Source: Lama glama (lineage: Eukaryota). From it: a stretch of 64,000 nucleotides of DNA. Shown piece after piece: positions 39,124 through 52,783 of this stretch. The notes under the pieces were generated by a model. It was given only the letters and a program-made list of their open reading frames with translations. It did not search any database and was not told where the DNA came from. The DNA lies in assembly GCA_028534125.1 (NCBI GenBank), contig CM052816.1:43960001-44024000 (forward strand), written 5' to 3'. How positions within the stretch are numbered: position 1 is the stretch's first letter; every line of letters begins with the position of its first letter. The position numbers were made by a program, and so were the translations under genes.

Positions 39124-42100
39124 TTAGATTGCACATATAAGTGATAACATATGGTATTTGTCTTTCTCTTTCTGACTGACTTCACTTAGAATAACATTCT
39201 CTAGGTCCATCCCTGTTGCTGCAAATGGCATTATTTTATCATTTTTATGGCTGAGTAGTATGCCATTGTGTAAATATACCACAGCTTCTTTATCCAGTCA
39301 TCTGTCGACGGACATTTAGGTTGTTTCCATGTCTTGGCTATTGTAAATAGTGCTACTATGAACATTAGGGTGCAGGTGTCTTTCTAAATTAATGTTCCCT
39401 TTGGATATATGCCCAGGAGTGAGATTGCTAGATCATATGGTAAGTCTATTTTCAGTCTTTTGAGGAATCTCTATACTGTTTCCCACAATGGCTGCACCAA
39501 ACTGCATTCTCACCAACAGTGTAAGAGAGTTCCCTTACCCTCTCCAGCATTTATCACTTGTGGACTTTTGAATGATGGCCATTCTGATTGGTGTGAGATG
39601 ATACCTCATTGTAGTTTTGATTTGCATCTCCCTGATAATTAGTAATATTGAGCATTTTTTTGATGTGCCTTTTGTCCATTCATGTCTTCATTGGAGTATT
39701 GCTTTTTTAGGTCTTCTGCCCATTTTTGAATTTTTTTTATTATTAAGTCTTATGAGCTATTTATATATTCTGGGAATTAAGCCCTTGTCAGTTTCATGTT
39801 TTGCAAATATTTTCTCCCATTCTGTAGGTTGTTGTTTTATTTTGCTTATGGTTCCTTTGCTGTGCAAAAGCTTGTTAAGTTTAATTAGTTTAATTTTTGC
39901 TTTTGTTTCTATTGCTTGTATAGACTGCTCTAGGAGAACATTGCTGAGATGTATGTGAGATAATGTTTGCCTATGTTTTCTTCTCGGAGATTTGTTGTCT
40001 CTTGTCTTATGTTTAAGTCTTTGATCCATTTTGAGTTTATTTTTGTGTATGGTGTGATGGGGTATTCTAACTTCATTGATTTACATGCAGCTGTCCTGTT
40101 TTACCAACACCATTTGCTGGAGACTGTCATTACTCCATTATATGTTCTTGCCTCCTTTGTAAAAGATTAATTGACCAAAAATTTGTGGGTTCATTTCTGG
40201 GCTCTCTGTTCCATTGATCCATACGTCTGTTTTTGTAGCAGTACCATGCTGACTACATTTTGATTACTGTAGCTCTGTAGTATTGTCTGAAGTCTGGGAG
40301 AGTTATTCCTCCAGCTTCTTTCTTTTTCTTCACTATTGCTTTGGCAATTCTGGTCTTTTGTGATTACCTATAAATTTCAATATGATTTGTTCTAGTTCTG
40401 TGAAATATGTCCTAGGTAATTTGATAGGGATCGCATTAAATCTATAGATTGCCTTGGGCAGTATGGCCATTTTAACAATATTAATTCTTCCAATCCAGGA
40501 GCATGGGATATTTTTCTATTTCTTTAAGTCGTCTTTAATTTTCTTAATCAATGTTTTGTAGTTCTCCATGTATAAGTCTTTCCCCTCTTTGGTTAGATTT
40601 ATTCCTAGGTATTTTATTAATTTGGGTGCTATTTTAAAAGGGATTATTTCTTTACTTTCTTTTCCTTTTGATTCATTGTTAGTGTAAAGAAATGCAACTG
40701 ATTTCTGTACATTAATCTTGTATCCTGCTACTTTGCTGAGTTCTTGTATTAGCTCTAGTAATTTTTGTGTGGAGCTTTTAGCATTTTCTATATATAGTAT
40801 CATGTCATCAGCATATATTGACAATTTTACCTCTTCTTTTCCTATTTGAATCCCTTTTATTTCTTTCTCTTGCCTGATTGCTGTGGCTAGGATTTCCAAG
40901 ACTATGTTGAATAGGAGTGGTGATAGTGGGCAGCCTTGTCTTGTCCCAGATTTGAGTGGGAAGCTTTTGAGTTTTTCACCATTGAGTACTATGCTGGCTG
41001 TAGGTTTGTCATAAATAGCTTTTATTATGTTGAGATATGTTCCCTCTATACCCACTTTGATAAGGGTTTTTATCATAAATGGGTGTTGAATTTTACCAAA
41101 TGCTTTTTCTTCATCCATTGAGATGATCATGTGGTTTTTGTCCTTCCTTTTGTGGATGTGGTTTATCACATTGATTGATTTCCATATGTTGAACCATCCT
41201 TGTGTTCCTGGGAGGAACCCCACTTGATCATGCTAAATGATCTTATTTATGTACTGTTGGATTCTGTTTGCTAATATTTTGTTGAGGATTTTTGCATCTA
41301 TGTTCATTAGTGAATATTGGTCTGTAACTTTCTTTTCTGATAGTGTCTTTGTCTGATGTTGGTATCAGGATGATAGTGGCTTCATAGAATGAGTTTGGGA
41401 GTACTCCCTCCTTTTCAATCTTCTGGAATAGTTTCAGAAGGACCAGTATGAATTCTTCTTTGTATGTTTGGTAGAATTCCCCAGTGAAGCAATCTGGTCC
41501 TGGACTTTTATTTGTAGGGAGGTTTTCTATTGCAAATTCTATTTTATTTCTAGTGATTGTTCTGTTCAAGTGGTCAATTTCTTCTTGAGTCAGTCTTGGT
41601 GGACTGTATGTTTCCAGACATTTGTCCATTTCTTTTAGGTTATCTGTTTTGTTTCCATACAGTTGTTCATAGTATTCTCATATGATATTTTGTATTTCTG
41701 TGGGATTGGTTGTAATTTCTTCATTTTTCTTTCTTATTTTCCTTATTTGTGCTTTCTCTTCTCTTCTCTTTGTAACCTTGGCCAGAGGTTTGTCAACTTC
41801 ATGTACTCTTTCAAACAACCTCTTGGTTTGATTGATTTTTTCTATTGTTTGTTTAATCTCTATTTTATTTATTTCCTCCCTGATCTTTATCATTTCTTTC
41901 CTTCTGTTGACTTTTGGTTTTGTTTGCTCTTCTTTTTCTAATTCTTTTGGTTGGTAGATTAGATTGTACATTTGAGATTATTCTTTTCTGAGAAAAACCT
42001 ATATCATTATGGATTACCTCTTAGGACTGCTTTTGCTACATTTCATAGATTCTGTGTGGTTGTGTTTTAATTGTCATTTGTCTCAAAGTATTTTTTAATT

Positions 42101-42928
42101 TCTTCTTTGATTTCATCATTGACCCTTTTTTTTTTTTTTAGTAGCATGTTGTTTCATCTCCATGCAGTAATTTTTTTCTCCTTTTCTTTTCTGTAGTGAT
42201 TTCTAGTTTCATGGCATTGTGGTCAGAAAAGATGGCATTGTGGTCTGAAAAGATGCTTAAAATCATTTCTATCTTCTTAAATTTGTTGAGGCTTCTTTTG
42301 TGCCTGAGTACATGATCTATCCTAGAAAATGTTCCATGTACACTTGAAAAGAATGTATATTCTATTTTGGGGGATGTGATGTTCTGAAAATATCAGCCAA
42401 GTCTAATTGTTTAATTGTATCATTTATTTTCTCTGTTGCCTTACTAATTTTCTGTCTGGAAGATCTGTCCAGTGATGTTAATGGGGTGTTAAAGTCTCCT
42501 ACTATGATTCTCCTTGTATGTCTGTATTTGCTTTATGTATTTAGGTCCTCCTATGTTGGGTTCATAAATGTTAACGACTGTAATATCCTCATTTTGTATT
42601 GCTCCTTTAATGATTATATAGTGTCCTTCTTTATCTTTCTTTGTTTTAAAGCCTATTTTGTCTGAAATCAGTATTGCTACTCCTGATTTCTTATTTCCAT
42701 TTGCATGGAATATCTTTTTCCATCCTCTCACTTTCAATCTATGTGTGTCCTTCTCCCTAAAGTGGGTCTCTTGTATGCAGAATATTGTAGATTCTTGTTT
42801 TATTATCCAGTCTGCCACTCTGTATCTTTTGAATGGAGCATTTAGTCCATTGACATTTATGTTAATTATTGATTATAATTATGGTAAGTATTGTTTATTG
42901 GTAATTATAGATGTATGTTTATTGCCAT
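39124..42928 (-). pseudogene. L1 ORF2 (endonuclease / reverse transcriptase), disrupted
   Basis: ORF fragments: CIQETHF...KKIFHANGNKKSGVAILISDK (endonuclease), [33 protein letters not shown] and YADDMILY (RT), QPTEWEKIFA. Confidence 0.95.
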
Positions 42929-43233
42929 TTCAAACTTAGTCTTACAGTTTGTTTCATATTTCCTCTTTGCTCCTTTCTTTTTCTTTTTGTGGTTTGATAA
43001 TTTTCCTTTGTGTTATCTTGGTTTCTTTTTAGTTTTTGTGACTCTATTGTAAGCTTTTGGCTTGTAGTTACCCTGTTTTGTATGTATATTAACCCATTAC
43101 CATATCTGTTTGTTTTAAATGGATAGTAATATAAGCTTAAACCCATCCTACCAAGAACAACAACAACAACAAAAACAAAACTCTGTATTTTCTTGCTCCC
43201 CTCTCCCACCCTTAATGATTTAGATGTCTTCTT

Positions 43234-44205
43234 CTACAACTTCATGTTTGCTCTGTTGTAATTCATTGTAGTTACCGCCTTTCCAATTATGGTTTTCTCC
43301 TTTCTGTAGCATCCTGCTTCTTTTCTATTTAGAGCAGAACTTTCAATATTTATTTTAGTGTTGCTAAATTCTTTTAGTTTTTGTTTGTCTGTGAAGTTCT
43401 TTATCTCTCCTTCTATTCTAAAGGATAACCTTGCTTGATAAAGTATCCTAGGTTGCATCTTTTTTTCATTCAGGACTTTGAATTATATCTTGCCACTCCC
43501 TTCTGGCCTGTAGTGTTTGTGTAGAGAAATCCGCTGAAAACCTTATGGGGTTCCCTTGTAACTCACTCTTTGTTTTTCTCTTGCTGCCTTTAGAATCATT
43601 TCTTTATTCTTAATCCTGGCCATCCTACTTATAATATGTCTTGGTGTGGGTCTGTTTGGGTTCTTCTTGTTTGGGACCCTCTGTGCTTCCTTTACTTGGA
43701 TATTTGATTCCTTTTCTAGGTTTGGGAAGTTTTCAGTTATGATTTCTTCAAATACCTTTTCAATCCCCTTTTCTTTTTCTTCTCCTTCTGAGACCCCTAT
43801 TATGCATAGGTTGATATGCTTTATATTATCCCATATGTCCCTTCTATTGTTTTCATTGGTTTTTGCTTTTCTCTCAGCTGTTCTGATTGGGTGACTTCTG
43901 TTGTCCTGTCTTCTAGGTCACTTATTCATTACTCTGCATTATCTAGCCTACTTTTTACAGCCTTTAGCTCAGCTCTCATCTCGGAAAATGAGTTTTCCAT
44001 TTTTAGTTGGCTCCTCTTTATAGTTTCAATTTCCTTTTGGATGTATTTTCTGTCTCTATTCACAATTTCTTTTAGTTCCTTCAGTATTAATATTCCTTTT
44101 TTGAAATCATGATCTAGTAGATTATCAAGGTCTATTTCATTGATCATTCTTTCAGGGGATTTCTGTTGTTTAATTGGGAGTGGTTCCTCTGCTTCTTCAC
44201 TTCAT
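43234..44205 (-). pseudogene. L1 ORF1 (RNA-binding chaperone), disrupted
   Basis: Coiled-coil fragment (IQKEIETIKRSQLKMENSFSEMRAELKAVKSRLDNAE) and C-terminal QPRILYQARLSFRIEGEIKNFTDKQKLKEF. Confidence 0.9.
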
Positions 44206-45822
44206 TTATATCTCTCTGGCACTATGGCTTATGGAGTATCAGTTACCTACTGTGGTCCTGAAGGGGTTTGTTTGTTTGTTTATCTAACGTGGATGTGGAA
44301 ACAAAACTAAAAAAAAAAAAATTTTAAAGAAGAAAAAAGATTTGAAAGCAGTGTAATCAATAACAGAAGAACAAAACAAAGAGAAATAAAAATCAAATTG
44401 TGACAAATTTTAAAAGAATAATATTTTAAAAGACAATTTTAAAAGGGATTAAAAAATGTAAAAAATTATAAATTAAAAAAGAAAATTAAATAGAAAAGGA
44501 AAAAAAGGTGGATGTGTTCCCGTGGAGACTGTGCGTTCTTAATTTTGTCCAGAGGTCCTTCTTAAGTATGAGTGGTTGCCAAGTCTTCCTTCTGTGCCTT
44601 TTGTCTGTTATCCCTTTGGTTGAGGGTGTGGCCAGAGCCTGCCCTGGCTATTAAGCGGGGCCTCTTTTTTGTTCTGTGGTTGTAGCCGCTCCTGCTCCTG
44701 CTCTTGCTCTGATGTGTGAACTCTGCTTGCTGTTTCCAGAGGCCCCCTGGTGGCACTCCAGATCTGTGCTGCTCATAGTAGGCGGGCGGGTTGCACCTGC
44801 TCCTGAGGCCAAGTCCTGGTGCCATGCCCAGGCACTGCATGGTAGGTGTTTGGGTCACTCCCTGTTCAGTGCTGCTCCCCGCGTTGCATAGGGTCCACGC
44901 TCCACTGGCAGGCTCACAGAAAATGGCGGACCAGCCCTTACCTCTGCTCTGTGCCAGAACTCTGCACCTCGTTCATTTGTCTTAGAGACACTGAGTTCAC
45001 AGAGGCCCTGGTGCAGAACAGTCCCCTCTTCCTGGGGCTGTAAACAAATCTCACCCCTGCCGAAGAGTTTGCAGAGCCCCTAGGTAAGGATTCAGATTTC
45101 AACTCCACCTTCACCTGGGAGCCTGAGAATATGGTGGCTGTGGCTGAGCCCCACCTCTCTTCTCCTGAGAACGCGCCGGTAATAGTGCCATGGGTCTGTG
45201 GAGACAAAGGCCACAGTGCCTCTCCCCACAGGGCACACCAGCAGTGTTGCTTTGCTTTTTTTTTTTTTTTTTTTTTGTATTTTCTGAGGGAGCCAGTCTG
45301 TTCTGACCTGTATACCCTCCTAGCCATGGCACACAGCCAGCACACTGCAGTCCCCAAGGTGGCCTCTGTGCAGCCTGCCCCAGTCCTCTGCCCAGCTTGG
45401 GCAGCCTGTCCCATTCCCCACGTGCCAGTTCGTGTCTAGGGCGGAGGGTTGTGGGGAAATTTTGTGCCCATTTAACTGTCAGCCAAGGGCTATTCTGTAC
45501 AGATCTGAGCCTTGGAGGCTCCCTCTCCGTCCTGCTGACCTCTCTGCTAGAGAGGGGGAGACTCAGCAAACCGGCACTGGTCCTCCTTTGCCACTCCCTC
45601 CCTGCGGGACTGGTCCCTCACTGTTTTGCTTTTTCTTCTTTCTTTTTTCCTTTTCTCCTACCAGACTTGTGGTGAGTTTTGTCTTTTGAAGAAGATGATG
45701 TTCTGTCAAAGTTCAGCAGGTGTCCTGATTGAATGGGTGGGTCCATGGATTTCACTGTTGGTGTATTTGTGGCAGAGTGTGAGCTACAAGTGTCCTGCTC
45801 TGCCATTTTGGCTCTTCCCTCT

Positions 45823-46290
45823 CATCTCCTATTTTTTTCTCTCTTTCCTCTCCTTCTGGGAGTTCAGTTACACACATGGTAGACTTGTATTTTTTTAATT
45901 TGTCCAACATTTTTTATGCTTTTTGTAGTCTTTAATGTATCTTTTTTCCCCCCTGCCTTTGTTCATCATTTTGATATATTCTTCTGACCTGGACATATTC
46001 TATTCTGTTGAACAGTTTTGTGCTGTGTCTAACATGCTGTTGATACATCCCAAATTTCACGTATTTTATTTTTTAGTTCTAGAATTTTCATTTGTTTCTC
46101 TTTAAAGATTTTAGCTTAGTGTTAAAAATTTTACTCAGTTATCTTCATTTTTCTCATCTCATAGATATATTTATTATAATTATTTTAGAACCTGTCTCTT
46201 ATCTTTAACAATTAGATAACTTGTAGACCTGGGTTTTTTTTCCCTTGTTGATTTTGTTGGTTTTCAGGCATGGAGTTCTGTCTTTGATGT
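45823..46290 (-). mobile_element. Old L1 remnant, right part of the host element
   Basis: ctctttcctctccttctgggagttcagttacacacatggtagac continues the old L1 ORF1-like sequence interrupted at 38776. Also tttttagttctagaattttcattt. Confidence 0.6.
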
Positions 46291-46294
46291 GCTG

Positions 46295-47670
46295 AGGAGA
46301 GAAGAAGGTGGTTCTGACTAGGATGGTCAGGAGAGGTGAGAGATAGATCCTAGATGTTTGAAGGAGCAGCTGATGAGATTTGCAGATGGATTAAACATGG
46401 CTTTTGACCTGAATAACTGAAGGTACAGCTGTCATCAACTGCAGTCTAAAAGGCTGTAGTAGAACAGATTTGGGGAGAGAAGATCAAATTTAGATGTATG
46501 TTGGATTTGTCTATTAGACATTCACATGGCTATATCAGGTCTCAATTTAGGAGAGATAATTAAACTGGAAATAAATGTTTGAGAGTGTAAGAATATAGAT
46601 ACTTTTTTAAAGCCATGGAACTACGTGGTGTAAGCAAGGAATGGGGAAAGAGGCAATGCGAGAATGAGTTCTAGGAAACATTCAAATTAAGAAGCCTAGG
46701 AGAAGAGGAAGAACCAGTAAAGGAGTCAGAGAACAAGGCACTAGTCAGTCAGTAGGAGGAAAATCAAGAGACTGTGACCTGGAAATAAGGTGAAGGAAAT
46801 GTCTCAAGGAAGAGGAGTCATCAACTCTGTTGACTGCTGATAAGTCAAGTGCGACTTGGATTTACTATAATGGAGTTGTGATCAAAGAGAGGAATTTGGT
46901 GGTGGTGGCAGTGGTGGTGGTGGTAGGGACTAGGGTAACATCAATAGAGAATGGGAGGAGAGAAATTGAACATAGAGTAGAAAGGACGGATGAGGAGTTT
47001 TGCTGAAAGGGAACAAAAAGATGAAAACAGTTTATTCTAAGATAGGAGAAATAATACTATAATAATCAGTGTATTATTTTCCATATATGCCTATGGGAAA
47101 GGTGTAGCAAAGAGTGAGTAGTAGATGTTATAGGAGAAAGTGAGGGGCAGAATTTCTGGAGCTATGTCCTTGAGTAGAAATGAAAGACGGGAACTTGTAT
47201 GAAAGTCAGACTTCGAGTGAGAAAAGAGCTTGGGAATGACATGAACGGCATCAGGCAGGAAGTACGGGAGCACAAGTACTGGGGAATGTGGTGGATAGGT
47301 TCTTTGGAGGGTCTCCTCTGAGTTCTTCAGTCTTTTTCAGTGAAGGAAAAAAATGTCACCAGCTGACTCAGGACAAGAAAGAGGAGCTTGAGGTGTGAAG
47401 AATGAGAAGATGTGTAAAACTTGTCTAGAGAATAGAAGTGTGAATGTACTGGAGACATATTTAATGATTACAGACATCATCAAGAGCCCAGTGTAGGCTA
47501 TGAACAGGAATATAAAGTGAGACTAGTCAGCATGATGGGGTGCTGTTCTCCAGCCAGATTTAGCTGTGTAGGAGCAGAGGAGGAGGAAATCTGGTTTTAA
47601 CCAGAATCAAGAGAGGGGCAAAGGAATTAAAGGTATATGTAAGGAAATAATTATAATGCTTGACCATGGA
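46295..47670 (-). mobile_element. L2 LINE remnant
   Basis: Purine-rich, with gatttgcagatggattaaa, tgtctattagacattc, aaagccatggaact and gactgctgataagtcaagt motifs. Confidence 0.7.
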
Positions 47671-49594
47671 GGTTTGTTTTTTTTAAATTTCAGGTTAAAT
47701 TAAAATCAAACAGAACTCTTATTTTTGTAAACCAAGATAATCTCTGAAAATAGGATGATGATATTAATGTGTTCATTAATAATAATGTACCAAATAAAAA
47801 TCCAATTTGAAAATTTAAGTTCTAATGTTATTTATAAAGTTTCTTCATCTCTTTTTTAGAACTTCAGTGAGATACCACCATTGACATTTCAGCATTTGAT
47901 TATGTGTTTGTTCTCTGAATGGAAGCGTTATTAACTACGAAGGTAAGTAAAATAATGAAGTTCAAAAACAAGGTCTGTGACTGTCCAGTCATTTGAAGTA
48001 TCTCTTCTGGATCAGATAATATGTGAGGAAACAACTGAAATAGGAGAGAATAACAACACACTGCAGGGCACTGAATTCACTTTAAAATCTCATTTTCAGA
48101 ATTGTTATTAGCACAGTGTACATATATATACATTGTTTAGCTGACCATTGAAATTATGCTGAAAATATAGGAAAAAATGAAAACTGCATATTCAGTGAAG
48201 TATTGTATCTTTCAAACAAGTACAAAATAGTTTTTCAATGATCCTGTTCCTAGAAGAGGTAACTCAGATGAATTGGTATATTCCTTTTGCAAATACACAT
48301 TTTGTTGTCCATGAGGAATGGCCCATTATTTGAAGTAAAACGTTTAATTGATTTTCATAACATGGTACCTAATTCCTTATTTCCCATATGATTGTTTAGA
48401 AACTCTTTTCTCTTTAAAGTATCATTCTTTTGACACTAAAGGAAATTGATTTTAAAATAATTCTGTTGAAAGGGCTCTTAACCTGACATATGTGAATATC
48501 CTCATATTTTTTTGAAAAATGTTGTGTTTGTGTGTGTGTACTTATACACAAACTTGTGGATAGAGGTCCCTACCTTCTGTAAACTTTTCAAAGGGATATG
48601 TGACCCCCCCCCCCACCAAATAGTAGTGATAACCGCTAAGTACATGATAAAGGGGACACATTTGTTCCTGTGTTTCAAAGAGGAGTAATTCTATCACATC
48701 CTTTGATCTATTACACAGCATAAAAATTTGTATGTCTGTTTTGCATATAATGAAACTGGGTTACAAACGGAACAGGGGAATGTACCCAAATCACCCAGAA
48801 GACAATAGTGTCAAACACAAAAGCCACATCTAAAAAATTCTCTTTCCATTGGACTAACCAGGAGCATGCAGTTTTTCAGCTATGAGCAATTGGCTACTGA
48901 TGACCTTGTTCATTAACAAATCAAGCAGCTGTTCAGATCTGCAGAAAAGCCCCCATGTTGTCCCTAAATACTCCAGTACAAAATCAGTGTAAACCAATTA
49001 AGTTACATGATGGGAAAAACATCAGATGTGTAACTGATGATTCACTTAACCTCATCCCACTCTTCTTTTAGCTTTCAATAATCATCAAGCTCCAGAAAAT
49101 GATAAGCTTTTACATCAAACATGAATAAATATTCCAGGGTGAATTCTACTATTTAAAGAGAAACACATTTTAGAAACTTTTAATTTTTTTTCTGGTGTGG
49201 CTACCTCAACTTTAATCACTTTTTACACTTAAAAATAATCTTAAATAGTGACTGAAAGTAATGTGACCCAAAATATTCTTTTATGTTAGGAAATACTGTT
49301 TGCACCTAAAAATTGTACAATTATCAATGGAAAAAATGATGAAGATATCATTACTTTCAAATTATATTATTGCAAATGAACCAGTACTTAGTTCACATAA
49401 GAGGTAAAAAGACATCTAAATGGAGATTTAAGGGGTGTGGCAAGTTTAACGCACAAAATTATTCATATTGTTTCTATTTTTCACAAAAATGGAGTAAAGC
49501 CTATGGTCTACCCCAGCCTTTGTAGCTATTAGTATTTTAGAAATAATTCATTTCAAAACATTATGCAAGAGTTGAAATGATTTTACCCATATCT

Positions 49595-49720
49595 TTTTTT
49601 TAAATTTATTTAAAAAATTTTTTATTTGATATAGTCAGTTTACAATGTTGTGTCAATTTCTGGTGCACAGAACAATTCTTCAGTCATACATGAATATGCA
49701 TGTATTCATTTTCATATTCT
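49595..49720 (-). mobile_element. Very short 5'-truncated young L1 with target-site duplication
   Basis: atagtcagtttacaatgttgtgtcaatttctggt... is near-identical to 38792 onward. Flanked by tgattttacccatatct (49578-49594) and tgatttttacgcatatct (49721-49738). Confidence 0.85.
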
Positions 49721-52700
49721 TGATTTTTACGCATATCTTTATAATTGGTTGGTTAGGTATATCAAAATTGTGGTAAATATTTACCTTAAAATCATGAAAT
49801 TTTTAGAACTTCAAAGGACTCTCAAAGGACCCTGGGTCCAACTCCTTTATTTTACTTCCTCTATAAAAACTCATTAGGAAAATAATGCTATTTTTCACAT
49901 TCATTTGTAAAAGGAACACAGATTTCTATGCTCTGTCACCCAGCCCAGCACTCTCAATGAAAGGGGTGACCTTGAATTGAACTGTAGAAAGTAAATGGAA
50001 GAAAAGTTTACTGGAAAAGTTTAGCAAGGATACAGAAGATGAATGCATATATTTGTGTTGGACACCCTTCCCTGTGCTGCATATTCAAAGGGATGGGATC
50101 ATGTTATTTATTGTATTTTTCAGATCATTTGCAATGTTAATTTATATGAGTTTGATATCCCTTTTGTCTTTTAGTTGTGTGTTATTCTGAGCAATCCCTG
50201 GGGAAGCAAAGGATTTATATGCTTTGTGTACATGTTCTGCAGACTAAGCGCTCTGGCATAATTATTTTTGGCACTCACTAACTGATTAAAACATCCAATT
50301 TAACTCATGATCAGTAAGATTAAACCTTTTTAATATACCTCAAAAGTAAATTATCATTTACTACTCAAACATCCCTTTATGCACATGTCCCCAATAAAGC
50401 TGTTCTTTTTTCGTTAATGTACCTTTTAACGAGGATTCCCTTTTATTTCTTCCTTTGGGCAAAACTGCCTTATCCTTTATAGAGAGGTAGGAACAAAGAT
50501 GAGATGGAGGCTGACTAGATGAGTACATGGTTTCTAATGTCATACCAATTACGTCTTTATTTTTGTTATATTCTGTAAAGAATTTGCTGTTAAGGAAAAA
50601 TATCCCTGCTTTGAGTTTACTTGGTGGGTAGACAAATGGGAACAGTTAGAAGAAAATACTATTTGAACAAAAAATCATTTACATGACTTGGAAAAAGTGT
50701 CATCTTTTATTTCATCTTAAATTAGTTACTTTTAAAAACTTGAGAGTTACATTTCAGTCTTGCAGTGAATCCCCCTTTGCAGAATATCCAAAACACATTT
50801 CAGTATTAGAACGATTTGAAGAGGAAAAATAACTTCCCAAGGATTAAAAAAGCATGATATAATCCTAAATTAGAATAATTGCAATTTGTAAGTCCTCTAA
50901 CCTGCTGAGGACCCTTGCAGTGGTTTATCACTGTAATGAGAGAGGAGGAAAATAAAATGTAATAGATAACACACATTGGTTAAGTTAGGGCCTCCTGGAG
51001 CTTTGAAACAGTCATAGGTGTAAGCACCTCACACACTGAGGGAGGCAGGGGGTGAATCAGATTAGTAGAATCCTCCTGTGTGGATGCTAGAGTGTTACTG
51101 TGTACAAATGTCATAGTTACTCCCTTTTATGCATAGGATTAACATCAAATGAAACAAGAATTATGGAGTAGGGCTTTAGATAGAAAATAGGTCAAGTCAA
51201 TGCAATAAATATCCTGTCAGAATTTTGATCCAGATTTACAAATACTTCACCAGATTGCTAATAAGCTTGTAGCCTTGCATGTAAATATTTGAACATTATG
51301 AAAAAGTGCTTCTGCATTAAACAACACTCCTGTGTCCCAAATAGGTTGAGCTACTGAAATGTTGTCATAAACCAGGCAGACGGGACACTTTTCTGGAATA
51401 TGTGGTAGACAGACCAAAAGCACATGCCAGAACTTTTTCCTAAAATGTCAGGAAGTCAAAAATCTCAAAATTAACTGAATTTAGCAGTCAGTTACACAAA
51501 TTTTAAGAGCTACAAGAAGCAAGCTTACAAAAGCTTTGCATAGCTTCCCATTCTTGGATCTAGAAGAGTTGGCGTCTTCTGGAAATACCAAGAAAAAAAC
51601 TTGGTCCCCTTTAAAAAAAAAGTCTTTAAAATGACTGTACCCATAGCTTGGTCCCTACTTCAAGATATATTCTGGACCTGGGACTATCCTGAGGAGTCAC
51701 TGATAAGTGTGATTTTTTTATTAGGTGTTTTTGTGCCAGTGCTCTGGACCTTAGGGGCTGCAGGCATTGCATAAGCTCACTTGGCAAACATTTTATCCAT
51801 TTCCCCATTCCATATAAAATTAGAGAATACTTCACTGTTGAGGTATAAGATAATGAATTCCTTGGTTAGTATATTAGTTTCAACAGTTTCTACTCTACCA
51901 TTGAAACTATTTATGATCTTGATTTTTTCCCTTAGTTTTTTGGCCAAGTACACGGCTAAAGACTTCAAGTAAAACATTTTTTTTTTAAACATGAAAACAG
52001 TAATAATAAATGTTCTACTTTCTCTCTTCCGGCCCTACCAGCTATTATACTGAACACCTGATGTATTTACTTGATGCTAATTGATGAAATGATAATGGGC
52101 ATCCTTTGCTAATAAGAAGTAAGTTCAATTAGTGAGCACACCATTTGTAAAAAGGCAGTGTTCTATCACTTTCCAAGTGTGTGATTTATTTTTAACTATG
52201 AATGAAAACTTAGCTTTGAATGTGGGAGGGGTAAGCTTGTTGTGCTTCAGTTTTCATAAATGGGCAACTTTTGGCACAGGTGCCAAAGAGAGAACGAGAA
52301 TAGATGTCTCAAGCCTTGGTTGTTAGGGTCTGATCATAAGCGTCGGGGTGTAGAGTTCATGGATTATTCATGTGTAATTACAGATAGCTATTGTGCTCCT
52401 TTAAATCATCCCGATGGCCCATTATGGTCCATAACAACTGAAATAGCAATTGTCATAGGCAGGTTTGGGCTCTGTCACAGAGTGTGGACTCTAATCAATG
52501 GTGATGAATGGTAAAATTCTACGTCAAGCAGTCCAAAGTCTGGTTGGCCCCCTCCATAAATCTGTACAAACACCAAGCAGAGCAGCTGCAGGGTCTGGAA
52601 ATTTAAAAGCCAACACTTGCCTTACCCCCTACATGCATTTACCTCTGTCAAAGTTTAAAAAAAAAGAAAAAAGGGAGGAGGAGGAAGGAGAAAAGGAAAT

Positions 52701-52783
52701 GCTCAATATATCAGTTCTAATAATTCACGTGCTATTAGACGAATTTCCCCACTATTTAAATGAGAGTGAACCCTAGGTTGTTT

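Larger units (their letters stand above)
38777..45822 (-). mobile_element. Full-length (~7.0 kb) LINE-1, inactivated
   Basis: 5' end gagggaagagccaaaatggc (YY1-like site), GC-rich 5' UTR, ORF1 and ORF2 fragments in order, G-rich 3' UTR and a short A tail. Multiple frameshifts. Confidence 0.95.

Noticed and set aside
44562..45898. Cluster of 60-158 aa ORFs on both strands (ORF0-like?)
   Set aside because: All lie in the GC-rich L1 5' UTR, where stops are rare. No recognisable homology.
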